The translations under genes were made by a program, and so were the position numbers. From the human T2T-CHM13v2.0 reference genome, Homo sapiens, in the NCBI RefSeq assembly GCF_009914755.1, contig NC_060935.1: DNA of 64,000 nt. One strand, 5' to 3'. Under the pieces are notes generated by a model. It worked only from the letters and a program-made list of their open reading frames with translations, was not told the origin of the DNA and did not search any database. How positions within the stretch are numbered: the first letter of the stretch is position 1; the number at the start of each line of letters is the position of its first letter. Shown piece after piece: positions 63,252-64,000 of this stretch.

Positions 63252-63552
63252 GCCAGGCGAGGTGGCTCAAGCCTGTAATCCCATCACTTTGGGAGGCCGA
63301 GGTGGGCGGATCATGAGGTCAGGAGTTTGAGACCAGCCTGGCCAACATGTTGAAACCCCATCTCTACTAAAAATACAAAAATAACCAGGTATAGCGGCGC
63401 ACACCTGTAATCCCAGCTACTTAGGAGGCTGAGGCAGGAGAATTGCTTGAATCCAGGAGGCAGAGGTTGCAGTGAGCTGAGACAGCACAACTGCACTTTA
63501 GCCTGGGTGACAGAGCGAGACTCCATCTCAAAAAAAAAAAAAAAAAAAAAAA
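63252..63552 (+). mobile_element. AluS
   Basis: Sense Alu dimer with poly(A). Confidence 0.92.
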
Positions 63553-64000
63553 TACAAAACGTGTGTACATAGAAAAAGGTCAACTGGCAAGAATAAGGCC
63601 AAAATATTAAAGAAGTTAGCGCTATATGGTGGTTATGAGCCCCTTGTTCTTTTAGTTTTCTGCAGTGACCCTGAATGATTTTTTAACCAAAGCAAAGTTT
63701 TTATTTTAAAGTAATGTAAGGATGAGTATGCTTGGATCTAGAAAAATAACAAAAGTGTAAAAAATGTCTTATCTCCAATAAAAGGTGAGGGTTCATTCAT
63801 TCTGAATTTTTAGCTTGAGACAATTTTTCTTGTGAGTCGGGAACAACAATTTACTAGGCTGCTATGTCCCTTGAAATTGTCCAGGTTTTTTTTGTTGTGT
63901 GTTTGGTGGACTTGGTAAATACTTCCACCCTTACCAGTTTCTAACTTGGTCTTTCTCTGATGACCTTGCCAACCCCCGAATATACATCCTGTCCATATAA

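Overview
Primate (almost certainly human) genomic DNA carrying most of FAR1 (fatty acyl-CoA reductase 1, the peroxisomal enzyme supplying fatty alcohols for ether-lipid/plasmalogen synthesis) on the + strand. The first ~23 kb is intron 1; the non-coding first exon and promoter lie upstream of the window. Eleven coding exons (23073-57078) splice to a 1548-nt CDS (515 aa + stop), followed by a ~3.6 kb 3' UTR with no recognisable interspersed repeat. Introns hold Alus, L1 fragments, MaLR LTRs, DNA-transposon relics, an RPL39 processed pseudogene and a Y1 RNA pseudogene; a MER41 LTR lies downstream. The top observation is a tandem-duplicated homolog of exon 9 (43282-43451) with intact splice sites but a 2-nt frameshift. 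It looks like a decayed mutually exclusive exon: a poison exon when joined to exon 10, but in frame when joined to exon 11, and exon 10 has a weak GC donor. Other leads: a diverged ~369-bp tandem duplication in intron 3 with a hairpin-ANANNA-hairpin-ACA layout, L1 3' transductions, and stop-free back-splice circles. Exon numbering and repeat subfamily names come from recall, not from database searches; repeat boundaries are approximate.
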